Assembly: GCA_963698765.1 (NCBI GenBank)
Contig: CAVOSB010000035.1
Span: 48,497 to 112,496 of the forward strand
DNA from: an uncultured Chloroflexia bacterium
Lineage (GTDB): Bacteria > Chloroflexota > Anaerolineae > Anaerolineales > UBA4823
DNA: 64,000 bases
Direction: 5' to 3'
Positions 20,922 through 32,546 of this stretch are shown piece by piece (position 1 is the stretch's first letter; each line of letters starts with the position of its first letter). The notes beneath the pieces were generated by a model. The model did no database searches. It was not told the DNA's origin and saw only the letters and a program-made list of their open reading frames with translations. Made by a program: the position numbers and the translations under genes.

Positions 20922-21930
20922 TTACTTCAGCTTCTCATCCCGGCCAAAAACCGCTCCCAAAAAGCGTCCGCGCTCGCCCGGCACCAAAGGCAGGTACAGT
21001 CCCAGGCGGTCAGCCAGGTCAAGGTAGCGCTCTGTCAGCTTCTCCGGCAGGGAAGCCGGGTCTGTGACCACTGCAAAAGCCGCCAGCATCTCGGGCTGGA
21101 TCAGGCCGGGCATCTCACCCCACAGGCCGCGCACTGCCATTCCAGACAGCTGCTCGGCGGTCTCTTCCCAGCCGTGAAATGCCATCACCGCCCGGTAAGA
21201 TGGCGTGGAGGCGTAGAACGCGATCTGCATGCGCACGAAAGCCTCTTCTTCCGGGGAAGTGACTGCGAAGGCAGTGGTGGAAACCTGGATATCTTCACGC
21301 TTTCTTCCCGCTTTTACCGCTCCTGCCTGGATGGCCGGAAGCAGCACCTGCCGCAGGTACTGCGGCGAGTGGAAGGGGTGCACCAGGAAGCCGTCAGCCA
21401 GCTCGCCCGCCAGATGCGCCAGCCCGGTGTTCACCCCGGCGATGTAAATCGGGATTCGGGGGTGCTCGATCCGGCCCGGGTTGAAAAACGGTGTCATCAG
21501 GTTCAGCTTGTAGGTTTCACCCCTGAAATTTAATGCCTCTCCGCTCTGCCAGGACTGCCACAAGGCACGCACCCCCAATACTATTTCCCGCAGCCGCCCG
21601 ACCACCGAATCAGGCCAGGGCATGCCGAAACGCCTGACGATGTGGGCTTTGACCTGTGTCCCCAGCCCTAAAATGAAGCGCCCGTTGGACTGCTGAGCAA
21701 GGTCCCAGGCGGTGTACGCCAGGTTACCGGGGCTGCGGGCGAAGGCGATCGCCACCGCTGTGCCGTAGGCCATGCGGTTGGTGTGCTCGACTGTCAGCAG
21801 CGCCAGCCAGGAAGGGATCGTGCATGGTCTCGCTCCCCCACAGCGCATCAAAGCCCAGGGTTTCGGCGTGGCGGGCGATTTCGGGCACAGATTTTAATGG
21901 AACAGGAGGGAGGGAGGCGTCGATATACAT
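20922..21930 (-). CDS. Luciferase-like (LLM class), probably F420-dependent, oxidoreductase (frameshift near 21820)
   Basis: [31 protein letters not shown]... then [55 protein letters not shown]...[28 protein letters not shown]. Confidence 0.8.
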
Positions 21931-22359
21931 TTATATTTCCTCTTTTATCTCTTCAAACTCCCCAATCACCCTCCTCCACCTTTCCGGAATGGGGATGGTC
22001 GTCCGGCTACGGTAATCGTAAGCCACCAAAACCGATTCACCGGAGGCGAATTTTTCACCGCTTTCTGCCTCCGACAGCAGGTATTCCATCGTCAGGCTCT
22101 TATTCCCCATCCGGATGACACGCACATTCACCTGTGGCTTTTGACCGAAATGAATCGGTAAATCAAAGGTCAGGCGAGCTTCAGCCAGGATGAATCCGAT
22201 GTCGAAGAAAGATTTTCCTTCCCACAAACCCAGGTGGATTACATAGGAGATACGAGCCTGTTCGACATAAGTAAAGAATTTGGCGTTGTTGACGTGCCCC
22301 TGCGGATCCAGGTCCCCATAGCGCACTTCGATGGCATGCTGATACCGGAATTCCTTCAT
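21931..22359 (-). CDS. Acyl-CoA thioesterase, hotdog fold (YbgC / 4HBT family)
   Basis: The 142-aa ORF reads VRYGDLDPQGHVNNAKFFTYVEQARISY. Confidence 0.8.
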   Translation of the reverse strand: MKEFRYQHAIEVRYGDLDPQGHVNNAKFFTYVEQARISYVIHLGLWEGKSFFDIGFILAEARLTFDLPIHFGQKPQVNVRVIRMGNKSLTMEYLLSEAESGEKFASGESVLVAYDYRSRTTIPIPERWRRVIGEFEEIKEEI

Positions 22360-22446
22360 GCCAGGATTATACCTCCCAGAGGATTAGCGAAGCGAGTCGA
22401 GCACATGACCCTGGCGGTTAAAGACCTCCCCAATCGATAGGGTATA

Positions 22447-23772
22447 ATGTGCGCCATGCAAATTCCAAACGACGATGAAATTCAACCGGAAAACGGGGAA
22501 CCGGAAGAAGATGAAATCCGCGGCCTGGAAGACACCCAGGCTGCCTTGATTCAAAATGCACCTGAAGGACCAGTTGCCGGTTCACAGTCGTTGACCGATC
22601 AAATCAATGATGGAGAGTTGATCCCGCCTGATGAGGAACCATCTCCCGGTGATACCACCCGCAGCACTCCCCTCAGCGCTGAACCCAACGAGTTTCCTGT
22701 CGACGCGGGAGAAATCGACCACTCCGCCCAGACCATGCGCGTGGCAGCCCGCCCGCCTGCCGGGGATATACCGCCCTTCGACACAGCCACCAGCCAGGAA
22801 CCGGAGCAGGCGCCTGCTACGGCCCCCCTGGAGAGCGCCGGTAAGCGCCGGCCGCGCTGGATTATCTTTTCTGTGCTGGGCTTATTGGCGCTTGGAACCA
22901 TAGCGTTGCTCGCCGGTCTGGGAGGATATCTTTCCGGGATTTCTATGCGTGAGAACGCAGCCGTTACCCAGGTCGCACAGGCAGCCAAAGAGCAGTACGA
23001 TCTGGGTGTGGACGATTATGTCCAGGGGAATTATTTCCGCGCCCGCCAGCGATTTGAATACGTGATCCAGATCAATCCTTCCTACCCCGGCGCGGTCGAT
23101 ATGCTGGCAGATGTGCTGCTCGAGCTGAGCACCACCGCCACTCCAACCCTCCTTCCGACACAAACCGTTATTCCGACTGCAGACCTGCGCGGCGTGGAAG
23201 AGCTCTACAACCAGGGCGAAGGGTACCTGGTCAGTGGTGAGTGGTCGCAGGCTATCGACGCATTTCTGCAGCTGCGCAAGACCAACCCGGAGTACCGTAC
23301 AGTAGAAATCGACGGCAAGCTTTTCCTGGCCTTGCGCCACCGCGGACGGGACAAAATTCTGCTCGAATCCGACCTGGAAGGTGGGATCTACGACCTGACG
23401 CTGGCGCAGCGCTTCGGCATTATGGATGTCGAAGGCCAGTCTCTGTTGAACTGGTCGACCTACTACCTGACCGGTGCCAGTTTCTGGGATCTCGATTGGT
23501 CTCAGGCAGCCTTCTATTTTGGCCAGGTGGCGCCGCACGCACCCAACCTGGTGGACAAATCCGGGATTACGGCTCGTGAGCGCTATCGTGTGGCACTCGT
23601 GCGCTATGCCAGCCAGCTGCTTAACCAGAAGCAGTTTTGCACGGCACAAGAACAGCTCGCAATTGCCCTGACCATTTTGCAGGATCCCGAGATCCAGACT
23701 GCTCACGACCAGGCTGCCCAATTGTGCTCCGGTGTCCCTGCTCCTGGGGAAGAACCTACCCAGGCTCCCTGA
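22447..23772 (+). CDS. Membrane-anchored protein with acidic/Pro-rich N-terminus and TPR-like C-domain (function unknown)
   Basis: The 441-aa ORF has a single TM segment (WIIFSVLGLLALGTIALLAGLGGYL) followed by helical-repeat-like sequence (YVQGNYFRARQRFEYVIQINPSYPGA...). Confidence 0.5.
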   Translation: MCAMQIPNDDEIQPENGEPEEDEIRGLEDTQAALIQNAPEGPVAGSQSLTDQINDGELIPPDEEPSPGDTTRSTPLSAEPNEFPVDAGEIDHSAQTMRVAARPPAGDIPPFDTATSQEPEQAPATAPLESAGKRRPRWIIFSVLGLLALGTIALLAGLGGYLSGISMRENAAVTQVAQAAKEQYDLGVDDYVQGNYFRARQRFEYVIQINPSYPGAVDMLADVLLELSTTATPTLLPTQTVIPTADLRGVEELYNQGEGYLVSGEWSQAIDAFLQLRKTNPEYRTVEIDGKLFLALRHRGRDKILLESDLEGGIYDLTLAQRFGIMDVEGQSLLNWSTYYLTGASFWDLDWSQAAFYFGQVAPHAPNLVDKSGITARERYRVALVRYASQLLNQKQFCTAQEQLAIALTILQDPEIQTAHDQAAQLCSGVPAPGEEPTQAP

Positions 23773-23789
23773 TAAACTCCAGCTAACCG

Positions 23790-24305
23790 ATGTCCGTCCC
23801 GGCCTCCGCGCTCACCCTGGCATATTGGCTGCACATGCTCGCCACCGTGTTATGGATCGGTGGTATCTCCACGCTGGCGATCCTGGTACTGCCCGCTGCC
23901 AGCAAAACTCTGGATGCGGAGGCTTACGCAGCTCTGCTGGAGAGTATCCAGAAACGCCTGGATCCCCTGGGTTGGGTTTGCCTGGCTGTTCTGGCAGCCA
24001 CCGGGCTGGTGCAGATGAGCGCCAATCCCAACTACCAGGGATTTATCGCCATTCACAACCGCTGGGCAGCAGCGATCCTGGTGAAGCACCTGCTATTCCT
24101 GGTGATGACCGGGTTATCTGTTTATTTGAGCTGGGGGTTGTTGCCGAAATTGAGGCGGCTGGCACTCAAACGCCAACGGCTGCCTGCCGAAGCGCTTTCC
24201 GACCAATCGGCTTCGTTGGGCAGGCAGGAAGTCTTCCTGCTCAGGCTGAATCTGATCCTGGGAGTGCTGATACTGGCTCTCACAGCCATTGCACGATCCG
24301 CCTGA
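23790..24305 (+). CDS. CopD-like 4-TM membrane protein
   Basis: The 171-aa ORF contains WLHMLATVLWIGGI (an HxxxxxxWxGG-type motif typical of the CopD family) and four predicted TM helices. Confidence 0.45.
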   Translation: MSVPASALTLAYWLHMLATVLWIGGISTLAILVLPAASKTLDAEAYAALLESIQKRLDPLGWVCLAVLAATGLVQMSANPNYQGFIAIHNRWAAAILVKHLLFLVMTGLSVYLSWGLLPKLRRLALKRQRLPAEALSDQSASLGRQEVFLLRLNLILGVLILALTAIARSA

Positions 24306-24400
24306 ACCTGCAAAACTTTTATCACAGTTGATCCGCTCAGTCCTACTTACACCTCCCGGACGCGCGATTATTACACGTTCCTGCGGAGTTGCCTGTAACA

Positions 24401-24736
24401 TCAATTTGCTGCAGATCGGGGCTTGAGACCGGAGTCTTCCGGAATCAGAACCTGCACGCCACCCAGGATGCGAGTGCAGCAGGCCAATCGGTGGTTTGCG
24501 ACCAGGTTGCCATCAGCTAGACACGTTTCTTCCAGGTCGGTGGGTATGGTAACCGTCCCTGTTATGATTTCCACTTTACACTCACAGCAGTCTCCCTGGC
24601 CGTGACAGGTCGAAGGCAGGCCAATTCCGGCGAGTTGGGCTGCATCCAGCAGTGTGGTGCCGGGGGATACGGCCACGCTCCTGCCAAGCGGCTCAAATCG
24701 CACCAGGTAACGGCGAGCGTATGAGGAACCAGTCAT
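24401..24736 (-). CDS. [2Fe-2S] ferredoxin-like protein
   Basis: The 111-aa ORF has the beta-grasp pattern VRFEPLGRSVAVSPGTTLLDAA...GIGLPSTCHGQGDCCECKV...RLACC. Confidence 0.7.
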   Translation of the reverse strand: MTGSSYARRYLVRFEPLGRSVAVSPGTTLLDAAQLAGIGLPSTCHGQGDCCECKVEIITGTVTIPTDLEETCLADGNLVANHRLACCTRILGGVQVLIPEDSGLKPRSAAN

Positions 24737-24876
24737 GGTTATCTACACTTTATATTCATTTCCCCAATAAATGTCAAGCGTATTGTAAAACGCGGCCCAT
24801 AGGCTCACGGCTTCGACTGTGAATTTCCATGCTAGAATAACCAGTGCATACGAATGGAGCGCTTTAGAGGTGTCTG

Positions 24877-27425
24877 GTGAAGCCCCGTATTTTGATCCTT
24901 GGCCTGCTCTTAACAATCCTGGCCTGCCAGGTGATTCCCACTCCCCCGGCGCTGCTTAATTCAACCCGGGTCGGTGCTACGCCGCAGGCTGATCCAGTAA
25001 CTGGCTCTCTTGAGACACCTACCCCCCTGCCCGCTATCACCTCCACGCCAGACGACGTTCAGAAAATCATAACACCGGGAGAATTACCCCCCTTTCCCGT
25101 TTCTCTGTATGGTACTCAACCTGCCAGTCTCCCGGACCTGAGGATTCCTGCCTCTATCCAGGATCCAGCCTTCAATTTACCTGTCTCACTCGAGAACATC
25201 TCAAACCTGGAAGTAGCCGACGGTTTGACAAACAGCCAGCGTGCCACGCTGGGGCAGAATGGTTTCCTGGTGATCCGCACTGCTGATGCCCAATTCAGTG
25301 ACATCCGGAACCGGGTTTCGCTTTACAGGGGACAGCCGTACTTCCTTACCAGCGATGCGGCGGTATACGCCTTCCACCTCTCATTCAGTGAGCTGTGGGA
25401 AGCGCTTGAGAAGGAATACCTTCACCCCAGGCTTACAGAGGCCACCCGCCTTGTTCTCAACGAAGTGCTGTCTTACCTGCCAGTCATCCGTGATGAAAGC
25501 CTGCTCAAGGATGCACGCCTGGCTGCCGCATACCTCGCGGTTGGCTTGCGCCTGCTCGATCCGCAGTCGCAGCCTGTCCTCGATCCTGAAATCTCCAGAC
25601 AGGTACAGCTGCAGATCGACCAGGTCATGTTTGCTCAGGATATCCAGCTGCCGGTATTGATGCCGTATTTCGCAGAAGACTTCTCCGCGTTCCATCCAGT
25701 CGGTCATTATTTCAATGACCCCGCATTGGAGGACTACTACCGCGGGCTGACCTGGTTCCGCCGAATTGGCTTCAAATTATCAGACCGTGATCCGCGCTTT
25801 TTGCCATCCAAAGCGCCGTTAATTATCACCATGGCCCTTAGGCGAGCCAGTTCCGGCGATGGACCGGCGGTGCAGGATTGGGCTGTGGTAAATGACACGC
25901 TGGCTTTTCTGTTCGGATCGGGCGACGATTTCGGGCCGCGCGCAGTATGCCATGATGATGGATCAGGTGTATGGCTCCAGGCTGTCAATTCTGGGTATCT
26001 CGGATGAGCTCACCTGGCTTAACTTCCAGGGTCTCAACCAGGCGCTTCCTTATTCCCCCGCAGAACTCCCTTTCAGCCCCTTATTATTGGACCTGAAAAG
26101 AAATCGCGCCTGGAAGTTCATCGGCAGTCGTTTCACGGTAGATGAAATCATTTTGCAGTCGCTTATTTTAGACCGGGTTGGATCACCAGCCAGCCCGCCT
26201 CAGTTTCCCAGCGGACTTGATTTAATGGCTGCATTTGGTTCACCCGCGGCCGTCGAAGCGCTCGAAAATTCGGGAGCCATGGATGCGGAGGGTTTCCAGC
26301 CCCAGTTGGCAAGAATCCAAACAGCTGTACAGAACCAATCCGAGACGCACTGGAATTCAAGTGTATTTGATGCCTGGCTGCACACCTTATCGGCTCAGTT
26401 GGCAGCCAAAAGCGGTGGATTTCCGCATTTCATGCAAAACCTGGCCTGGGATTACAAGGAGCTGAACACAGCCTTGGGGAGTTGGCTCGCGCAGCTGCAT
26501 GGCGCTGCCGTCATCTCCAGGGAGCCGGAGATCGCCAGCCGCCAGGAACTCCCGGTTTCTCCGCCTGCACCGGCATTTGTCGAACCTAATCCTGCATTCT
26601 TCTACCAGCTGGCAAACCGCAGCGAGTGGATCGTAGAGACTCTACAATCAGCCGGCATGGTAGGAGCAGGCCCCGATATACCATTTGGCCTATCCAGCAG
26701 CTACGCCAGCCTGCTGGACCTGGGGGAACAATTTCGCAAACTGGGGGGAATTGCTCGAAAAGGAGTTGCAGGGAACACCTTTGGATGCGGAAGATTACCG
26801 CATTATCCAGTCACCTCTCGGCCCGGTCGAGGGACGCGCCTTATCCGGGCTGGTTCCCGGCCAGCAGGTCGTCTCCCAACCGCAGGAGCTGCCAGCCATT
26901 CCGATGGTCTCCTACATCCAGGCCGATCAAGAAAACAGCCTGCAGGTTGGGATGGGTTTCCTGAACCGCATCTATGTGCTCGTCCCGTTGGAAGGCAGCC
27001 TGCAGATCGCACAGGGTGGTGTATTTTCCTATTATGAATTCCCACTGCCGGACGAGGAGCTTATGACGGATGGGCGCTGGCGCCGAGTTCTACTCAGCAC
27101 GTCCAATTTCAAGCATCCCCCCTGGATGAATGGACTGCTTTCACCGGAAGAAGGCTTCCCGGTGGAGGTGACCGCATTTCGTTCCGGTGATATTTACCGT
27201 ATCACGCTGGAGGGCGGCGACCTTAACGTCCGGGACCAGCCTTCCATCGGATCGACTGTGCTCAGTCAGCTGGCGATAGGGACTTACGTGGAAATCATCG
27301 ACGGCCCGGTCCAGTCACAGGGCTTTACCTGGTGGATGCTAAGAACCGACCTGTCAGGAGAAGACCACACCGAAGGCTGGGCGGTCCAGAATCCCGCCTG
27401 GTACGAGCGCGCTTGGGGTGACTAG
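24877..27425 (+). CDS. Large secreted lipoprotein with C-terminal SH3b-like domain; possibly DUF3160 family (2 frameshifts)
   Basis: A lipobox is present (LGLLLTILAC). The long body is spread over ORFs 24877.., 25892.. and 26685... The C-terminus reads LNVRDQPSIGSTVLSQLAIGTYVEIIDGPVQSQGFTWWML (bacterial SH3). The family assignment is from memory only. Confidence 0.5.
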
Positions 27426-27452
27426 TTTTGGGAAAATATTGATGGAGGCATT

Positions 27453-28435
27453 ATGATTCGTGCGATCTATTTTTCAAAAGAGGAAACACTGCGCACTGAC
27501 CTGGATGTGATGGAAATCGCTTTTCTGCTTCAGGACATGGAAGGCTTGCTGTGGGTGGATTTTCAGGGCAATCCCCCCGAAAAAGACAAAGAGATCCTCA
27601 GTGGAACCTTTGGCTTCCACCCCCTGGCGATCGACGATGCATTGGAAGAAGCCCACGTGCCGAAAATTGATGATTGGGGAAAATATCTTTACATTGTCCT
27701 TCATTCAGCACTGGCAGGTGAAAACCATGAGGTTAACACGCTAGAATTAGATGTATTCCTTGGCGAAAACTACCTGGTCACGCACCATGACGAAGAAATT
27801 GAAGCAGTTACCCGGGTCTGGGATAATATCCAACGCGATTCACGCCATTTACGAAACGGCCCCGATCACCTGCTCTACCGTGTCGTAGACGAACTGGTTG
27901 CCAGCTATATGCCGGTCGTTGAAACCCTGGACCAATGGATCGACCAAATCGAAGATCAGCTTTTTAATTACCCCAAACCAGAAATTGTCGAACAAATCTT
28001 CGCAGTTAAAAGAGCCGTATTGCACCTGCGACGGATGATTGGTCCACAACGGGAAGTACTTAATAAGATGGCACGCGACGATTACCCGACTATCGACCAG
28101 CAGGCCCAGGTCTATTTCCGCGATGTGTACGATCACCTGGTGCGCCTTTACTCGATCGCAGAAAATATTCGAGACCTGGTTAGCGACACCATGGACACTT
28201 ATCTCTCTGTACTTAATAACCGCATGAACGAAATCATGAAAACACTGACCATTATTACCACTCTTTTCATGCCCATTACCTTCATCACCGGTTTTTTTGG
28301 AATGAACTTCTTTTTTCCACATGAGATTTTTGGATACTGGACGAGATTGCCTGTATTTCTTTTCACCATGGCACTGCTGCTAGGTATTACCCATCTCGAT
28401 ATTTCTTGTGGATTCGCCGCAGAGGGTGGATGTAA
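27453..28435 (+). CDS. corA: Magnesium/cobalt transporter CorA (frameshift near 28390)
   Basis: FHPLAIDD, YLVTHH..., then TLFMPITFITGFFGMNF (the GMN motif). The alternative frame gives the typical tail FLWIRRRGWM with a stop at 28433-28435. Confidence 0.9.
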
Positions 28436-28464
28436 TTGAACAAAAGGATTTTGGGAGGTGAAAA

Positions 28465-28950
28465 GTGGAGCTGAGTCCAAGCGCAAAAAAAGTCCAGGAA
28501 GCTCTTCTTGCTTCAGGATTATCCATGCAGGTGGTGGAATTACCTGGTTCGACGCGCACCGCACTGGAAGCGGCCCAGGCAGTCGGCTGCCAGGTCGGGC
28601 AGATTGTGAAATCCCTGGTCTTTAAATCCAAACGCAGCCTGCAGCCGGTGCTGGTGCTGGCCAGCGGAGCCAATCGCGTGGACGAACGCAAGATCGAAGC
28701 CCTGATCGGCGAGCCATTAGGGAAAGCGGATGCCGATTTCGTCCGGCAGCAGACCGGTTTCGTGATCGGGGGCGTCCCTCCGGTCGGCCACCTGCAGCAG
28801 CTGCAGTCTTTCATCGACCGGGACCTGCTGGAACACGCCGAGCTGTGGGCTGCGGCCGGCACCCCGCACGCCGTTTTTCGCCTGCGCCCCCGAGACCTGG
28901 TGAGCATCACCGGCGGGCAGGTCGCAGATATCCGGCTGGAAGAGACATGA
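28465..28950 (+). CDS. YbaK/EbsC-type aminoacyl-tRNA deacylase domain protein
   Basis: The 161-aa ORF reads TALEAAQAVGCQVGQIVKSLVF...VLASGANRVD...GFVIGGVPPVGH. Confidence 0.85.
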   Translation: MELSPSAKKVQEALLASGLSMQVVELPGSTRTALEAAQAVGCQVGQIVKSLVFKSKRSLQPVLVLASGANRVDERKIEALIGEPLGKADADFVRQQTGFVIGGVPPVGHLQQLQSFIDRDLLEHAELWAAAGTPHAVFRLRPRDLVSITGGQVADIRLEET

Positions 28951-29645
28951 GCCTGCTCATCGGTCTGGAAAATAACCTGGAAGGGCGCTGCCTGGCTTGG
29001 GCCTTGGAACACCCGGGCTGTTTTGCTTATGGAGCCAAGCCTTCCTCCGCACTGACCGCCATGCGGGCTGCTTTTCAGGCCTATGATCGCTGGATCGCGG
29101 CTCATAATACCGGTGGCAGCTGGCTGGTAGAGTCTCAGAACGAGCTGCAGGTTGTTGGTACCTGGGAGGTGTATACCATCGATGATAATCTCGACCTGAA
29201 TGCAGACGGAGATTACGAAGTCAATGCCTGGTTCATGCACGACTGGAAACCGCTGGCTGCCGCAGAACTGCAACATGCTCATAAGCTGCTGGACTGGAGC
29301 CGCCAGGAACTGCTGGACTCGGTCGCCGCGCTGGATGAGCAGGCTTTGGAGGCCAGCCATCCGGGCGAACGCTGGAGTATCTCCGGTATTCTTTTACACA
29401 TTGCCGGGGCCGAGTGGTGGTATCTGGATCGATTGGACCTGGCTTTTCCGAGAGAACAGGTAGCGGATAAACCTTTCAGCCGCCTTTCTCAAGTGCGGGC
29501 ACACCTCCTGGAGATCCTACCATCCCTGGAAGGCTCAGGACAGGTAGTCGGAAGACACGGAGAGCTGTGGAGCCCGCGCAAACTCGTCCGCCGTCTGCTG
29601 TGGCATGAACGCGATCACACCGAACATATTCTTAAGCTCAGGTGA
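28947..29645 (+). CDS. DinB-superfamily protein with HicB-like N-terminal domain
   Basis: The ATG overlaps the ybaK-like stop (ATGA at 28947-28950). The C-terminus reads WSISGILLHIAGAEWWYLDRL...LLWHERDHTEHI, which carries the DinB histidine triad. Confidence 0.7.
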   Translation: MSLLIGLENNLEGRCLAWALEHPGCFAYGAKPSSALTAMRAAFQAYDRWIAAHNTGGSWLVESQNELQVVGTWEVYTIDDNLDLNADGDYEVNAWFMHDWKPLAAAELQHAHKLLDWSRQELLDSVAALDEQALEASHPGERWSISGILLHIAGAEWWYLDRLDLAFPREQVADKPFSRLSQVRAHLLEILPSLEGSGQVVGRHGELWSPRKLVRRLLWHERDHTEHILKLR

Positions 29646-29741
29646 TAACCTCACAGTAAAGGTTTACAGAAATCGATATTTTAAGGTTTAATTGATTAAA
29701 ATAAAACGCTTTACTGGTAATGTACTTATTGGTGGTTCCCC

Positions 29742-30722
29742 ATGGCACTGGATCGCTTCGGACGCTCAATTCACTATCTCCGTATCAGCCTGACTGATCA
29801 CTGCAACCTGCGCTGCGTGTACTGCATGCCGGAAGACATGGTCTTCAGGCCGAATGCCGAGCTGCTGCAGGATGATGAAATCCTCCTGCTGGTCCGTCTC
29901 TTCGCACAGCTGGGTTTCGACAAGCTGCGCCTGACCGGCGGCGAGCCTACCGTGCGCGCTCACATCGTCGAGCTGGTGCGGGAGATTGCCCGTACTCCAG
30001 GGGTGCGCTCGCTGTCCATGACCACCAACGGCGTGCTTCTTTCGCGCCTGGCAGAGCCATTGAAAATGGCCGGCTTGCAGCGCGTCAACGTCAGCCTGGA
30101 CACACTGGATGCGGAGAAGTTCCGCCGCCTGACACGTTGGGGAACCATGGATGACGTCTGGCAGGGCATCGAAGCGGCCGACCGGGCCGGACTGACCCCG
30201 ATCAAGATAAATGCCGTCGTGGTGCGCGGTTACAACGAAACGGATGTGATCGACCTGGCGCGCCTGACCCTCGATCACCCCTGGCAGGTGCGCTTCATCG
30301 AGATGATGCCGTTTGCAGGTGCCACCGAGCTGCAGCAGCAGCAGATGGTGACCGCCGGCGAGATGCAGGACCGCATCCAGGCAGCCCTGGGAACCATGCA
30401 AATCGCCAACGATGGCCAGTTGGACGGAGAGGCGCGCCTCTTCCGCTTACCCGGCGCCGCTGGTGATCTTGGCTTCATCTCATCGGTCACCCAACCGTTT
30501 TGCGCCGCCTGCACCCGCGCCCGGCTGACCGCCGACGGGCGGCTGCGCCTGTGCCTGCTGCGCGAAGGCGAAGTCGACCTGCTCAAACCCCTGCGCAGTG
30601 GCGCGACACTCGAACAGCTGCGCCAGCTGATCCTGGATGGAATCTGGGTCAAACCCTGGGGGCACGGCCTCGAAGAAGGTTTGATACCTCTCAACCGGGT
30701 TATGAGCGAGATTGGCGGATAG
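29742..30722 (+). CDS. moaA: GTP 3',8-cyclase MoaA (radical SAM, molybdenum cofactor biosynthesis)
   Basis: YLRISLTDHCNLRCVYCMPED (the CxxxCxxC motif), LTGGEPTVR, and a C-terminal FCAACTRARLTADGRLRLCL cluster. Confidence 0.94.
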   Translation: MALDRFGRSIHYLRISLTDHCNLRCVYCMPEDMVFRPNAELLQDDEILLLVRLFAQLGFDKLRLTGGEPTVRAHIVELVREIARTPGVRSLSMTTNGVLLSRLAEPLKMAGLQRVNVSLDTLDAEKFRRLTRWGTMDDVWQGIEAADRAGLTPIKINAVVVRGYNETDVIDLARLTLDHPWQVRFIEMMPFAGATELQQQQMVTAGEMQDRIQAALGTMQIANDGQLDGEARLFRLPGAAGDLGFISSVTQPFCAACTRARLTADGRLRLCLLREGEVDLLKPLRSGATLEQLRQLILDGIWVKPWGHGLEEGLIPLNRVMSEIGG

Positions 30723-30732
30723 TTTTTTTAGC

Positions 30733-31539
30733 TCACCAGAACAGACCGACCGCTGCCAGCGCTCCAATCAACGAAGCAAAAAAGTTGACCATATCGTTAT
30801 TCAACCAGCGCCATCCACGCCGGTGAATTGTGCCGGTCCCACAGGTGTGCAGTGGGTGGCGCTCGGTCTCTTTGTTACAGGTGGGACAGAAATAAATCGC
30901 CTGAACGCTGGCTCCCAACAGTGAGTCAAACAGTGCACCGCACACACCCGCCAACGTGACCTTTGCCAGGATCGGCAAGGCAGCCTGGAATGTATCCATA
31001 CCACCTGGAGTGAAGACCAGGGCAAGACAGGCGACCAGGGCTGCCCCTCCCACCGCTGCCAGGCTTCCCAATGGGCTGACCCCTCCCGAGGCTCCCCGCT
31101 CCACTATTCTGAAGGTCGTAATCAGGCGCGGCGGCTTAGGGTTCAGCACTCCCAGCTCGGTAGCCCAGGTATCGGCGTTTACCGCCGCCATCGCACCTGC
31201 AAATGCTGCCCAGGCCCATGTAGGCTGGTCCCCAAGCGACCAGGCCAGCGCCAGCAGCGCACCCAGCCCGCCGTTTGCCGTCACCTGCGCCCAATCACGC
31301 CGGCTGCCCTTCGAGAATTTCTCGGTCAGGGCTGCTTTTCTGCCCGAGAATAATCGCGAGAGCAGGCTGGAAGAGATGAAAAACGCCAGCAGCAAAGCCG
31401 CCCACGCCAGCCCGCCCAGCCCGAATATCAGCCCTCCGGTGATGACAGCTGCAGCTGCTCCGCTGCGGCTCAGCGCACCCGCCTTCCAGGCCGCCGCTCC
31501 CACCGCTGCTGCTGTGAGCAATCCCCAGAATAATTGCAT
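30733..31539 (-). CDS. DUF92/TMEM19-family integral membrane protein
   Basis: The 268-aa polytopic ORF contains ERGASGGVSPLGSLAAVGGA and the Cys-rich insert FCPTCNKETERHPLHTCG typical of this family. Confidence 0.7.
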   Translation of the reverse strand: MQLFWGLLTAAAVGAAAWKAGALSRSGAAAAVITGGLIFGLGGLAWAALLLAFFISSSLLSRLFSGRKAALTEKFSKGSRRDWAQVTANGGLGALLALAWSLGDQPTWAWAAFAGAMAAVNADTWATELGVLNPKPPRLITTFRIVERGASGGVSPLGSLAAVGGAALVACLALVFTPGGMDTFQAALPILAKVTLAGVCGALFDSLLGASVQAIYFCPTCNKETERHPLHTCGTGTIHRRGWRWLNNDMVNFFASLIGALAAVGLFW

Positions 31540-31546
31540 ACGCCAG

Positions 31547-32460
31547 TCAACTTCCAGCAGACAGGAGAAAGAACACTCCCCCCAGGAAAAGGATCGAAGT
31601 AAGGATGTTCATGCCCCATAACAGGTAAGCGGTAGGCCGGCTCTCCTCTTGCCGGAAGAGAAATAATCCAACGAACCGTGTTGGCGACCAGGAAGAAAGA
31701 ATTGACCATCGGTAGCAGGAACAGCCGCGGCGCAGGCACCTGGTCGCCGGGAGAGGCGTCCGGGCGGAAGCCCAGGTACACCTGCTCCCTGTTGGGGATC
31801 AGCAGGCTGACCCACACCAGCAGCACGATCCCCATCCACAACCCGCCGAACAGCAGCGCCCTCCCAACCCGATCTTCCCAAATCTGGCGCGCCAGGATGA
31901 CCGGGTAAATCGAAACCGCCGGGAGCGGTGAAAGCGATCCCATCTCGATAAATCGTTCGAAGGAGTGAATGAACGCCTCTGGTTGCACCGGTGAGATGGC
32001 GTAGCTGCGGCCTGTAGCGGCAATCAAAACCAGGTTGCTTGAACTCGGAACACATGAATTCCATCTCAACATGGTCAGCCTGCCGGCGTGTGCCCAATAC
32101 GGCGCCGGGCCAGCGGACCTGCGGCAGGTGGACCGGTTTCTTTAGATCGGATGCCAGGTGCGCCCACAAGATTTCATCCATCGGGATCTGCACCCGGCGC
32201 AGTCCCCAGCGCAGGCGCAGGCCTTCTCTTTCGATCACATAGGAGGCGTTTCGCAGGGCATACAGACGGTAGATCACCAGCGGCAACAATCCCAAAAGGA
32301 GCAGGGTCAGCAGCAAGTACAGCACGAAGCCATACCCGGTTTCCGCGATCGCCACCTGGTAAAAACCCATACCAGTGCCCACCACCAATGCCAGGATGAT
32401 CAGCAAATGGACGAGGATTCCCTTGCGCTGATGGGGTGCGAAAACCGCCTCATTCTCCAT
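31547..32460 (-). CDS. Membrane protein with bacterial PH (bPH_2/YdbT-like) domain (at least 2 frameshifts)
   Basis: Two N-terminal TM helices are followed by YVIEREGLRLRWGLRRVQIPMDEILWA. The C-terminal TM region is only restored by frame changes. The stop is at 31549-31547, 7 nt before the DUF92 start. Confidence 0.5.
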
Positions 32461-32546
32461 ACCCCGTATTTATACCATTTAAAACTCAAGACCGGCGTCA
32501 AACCATCGCCGGTCTTGCTCTCTCAATTCGATCTCAGGTTTTGAAA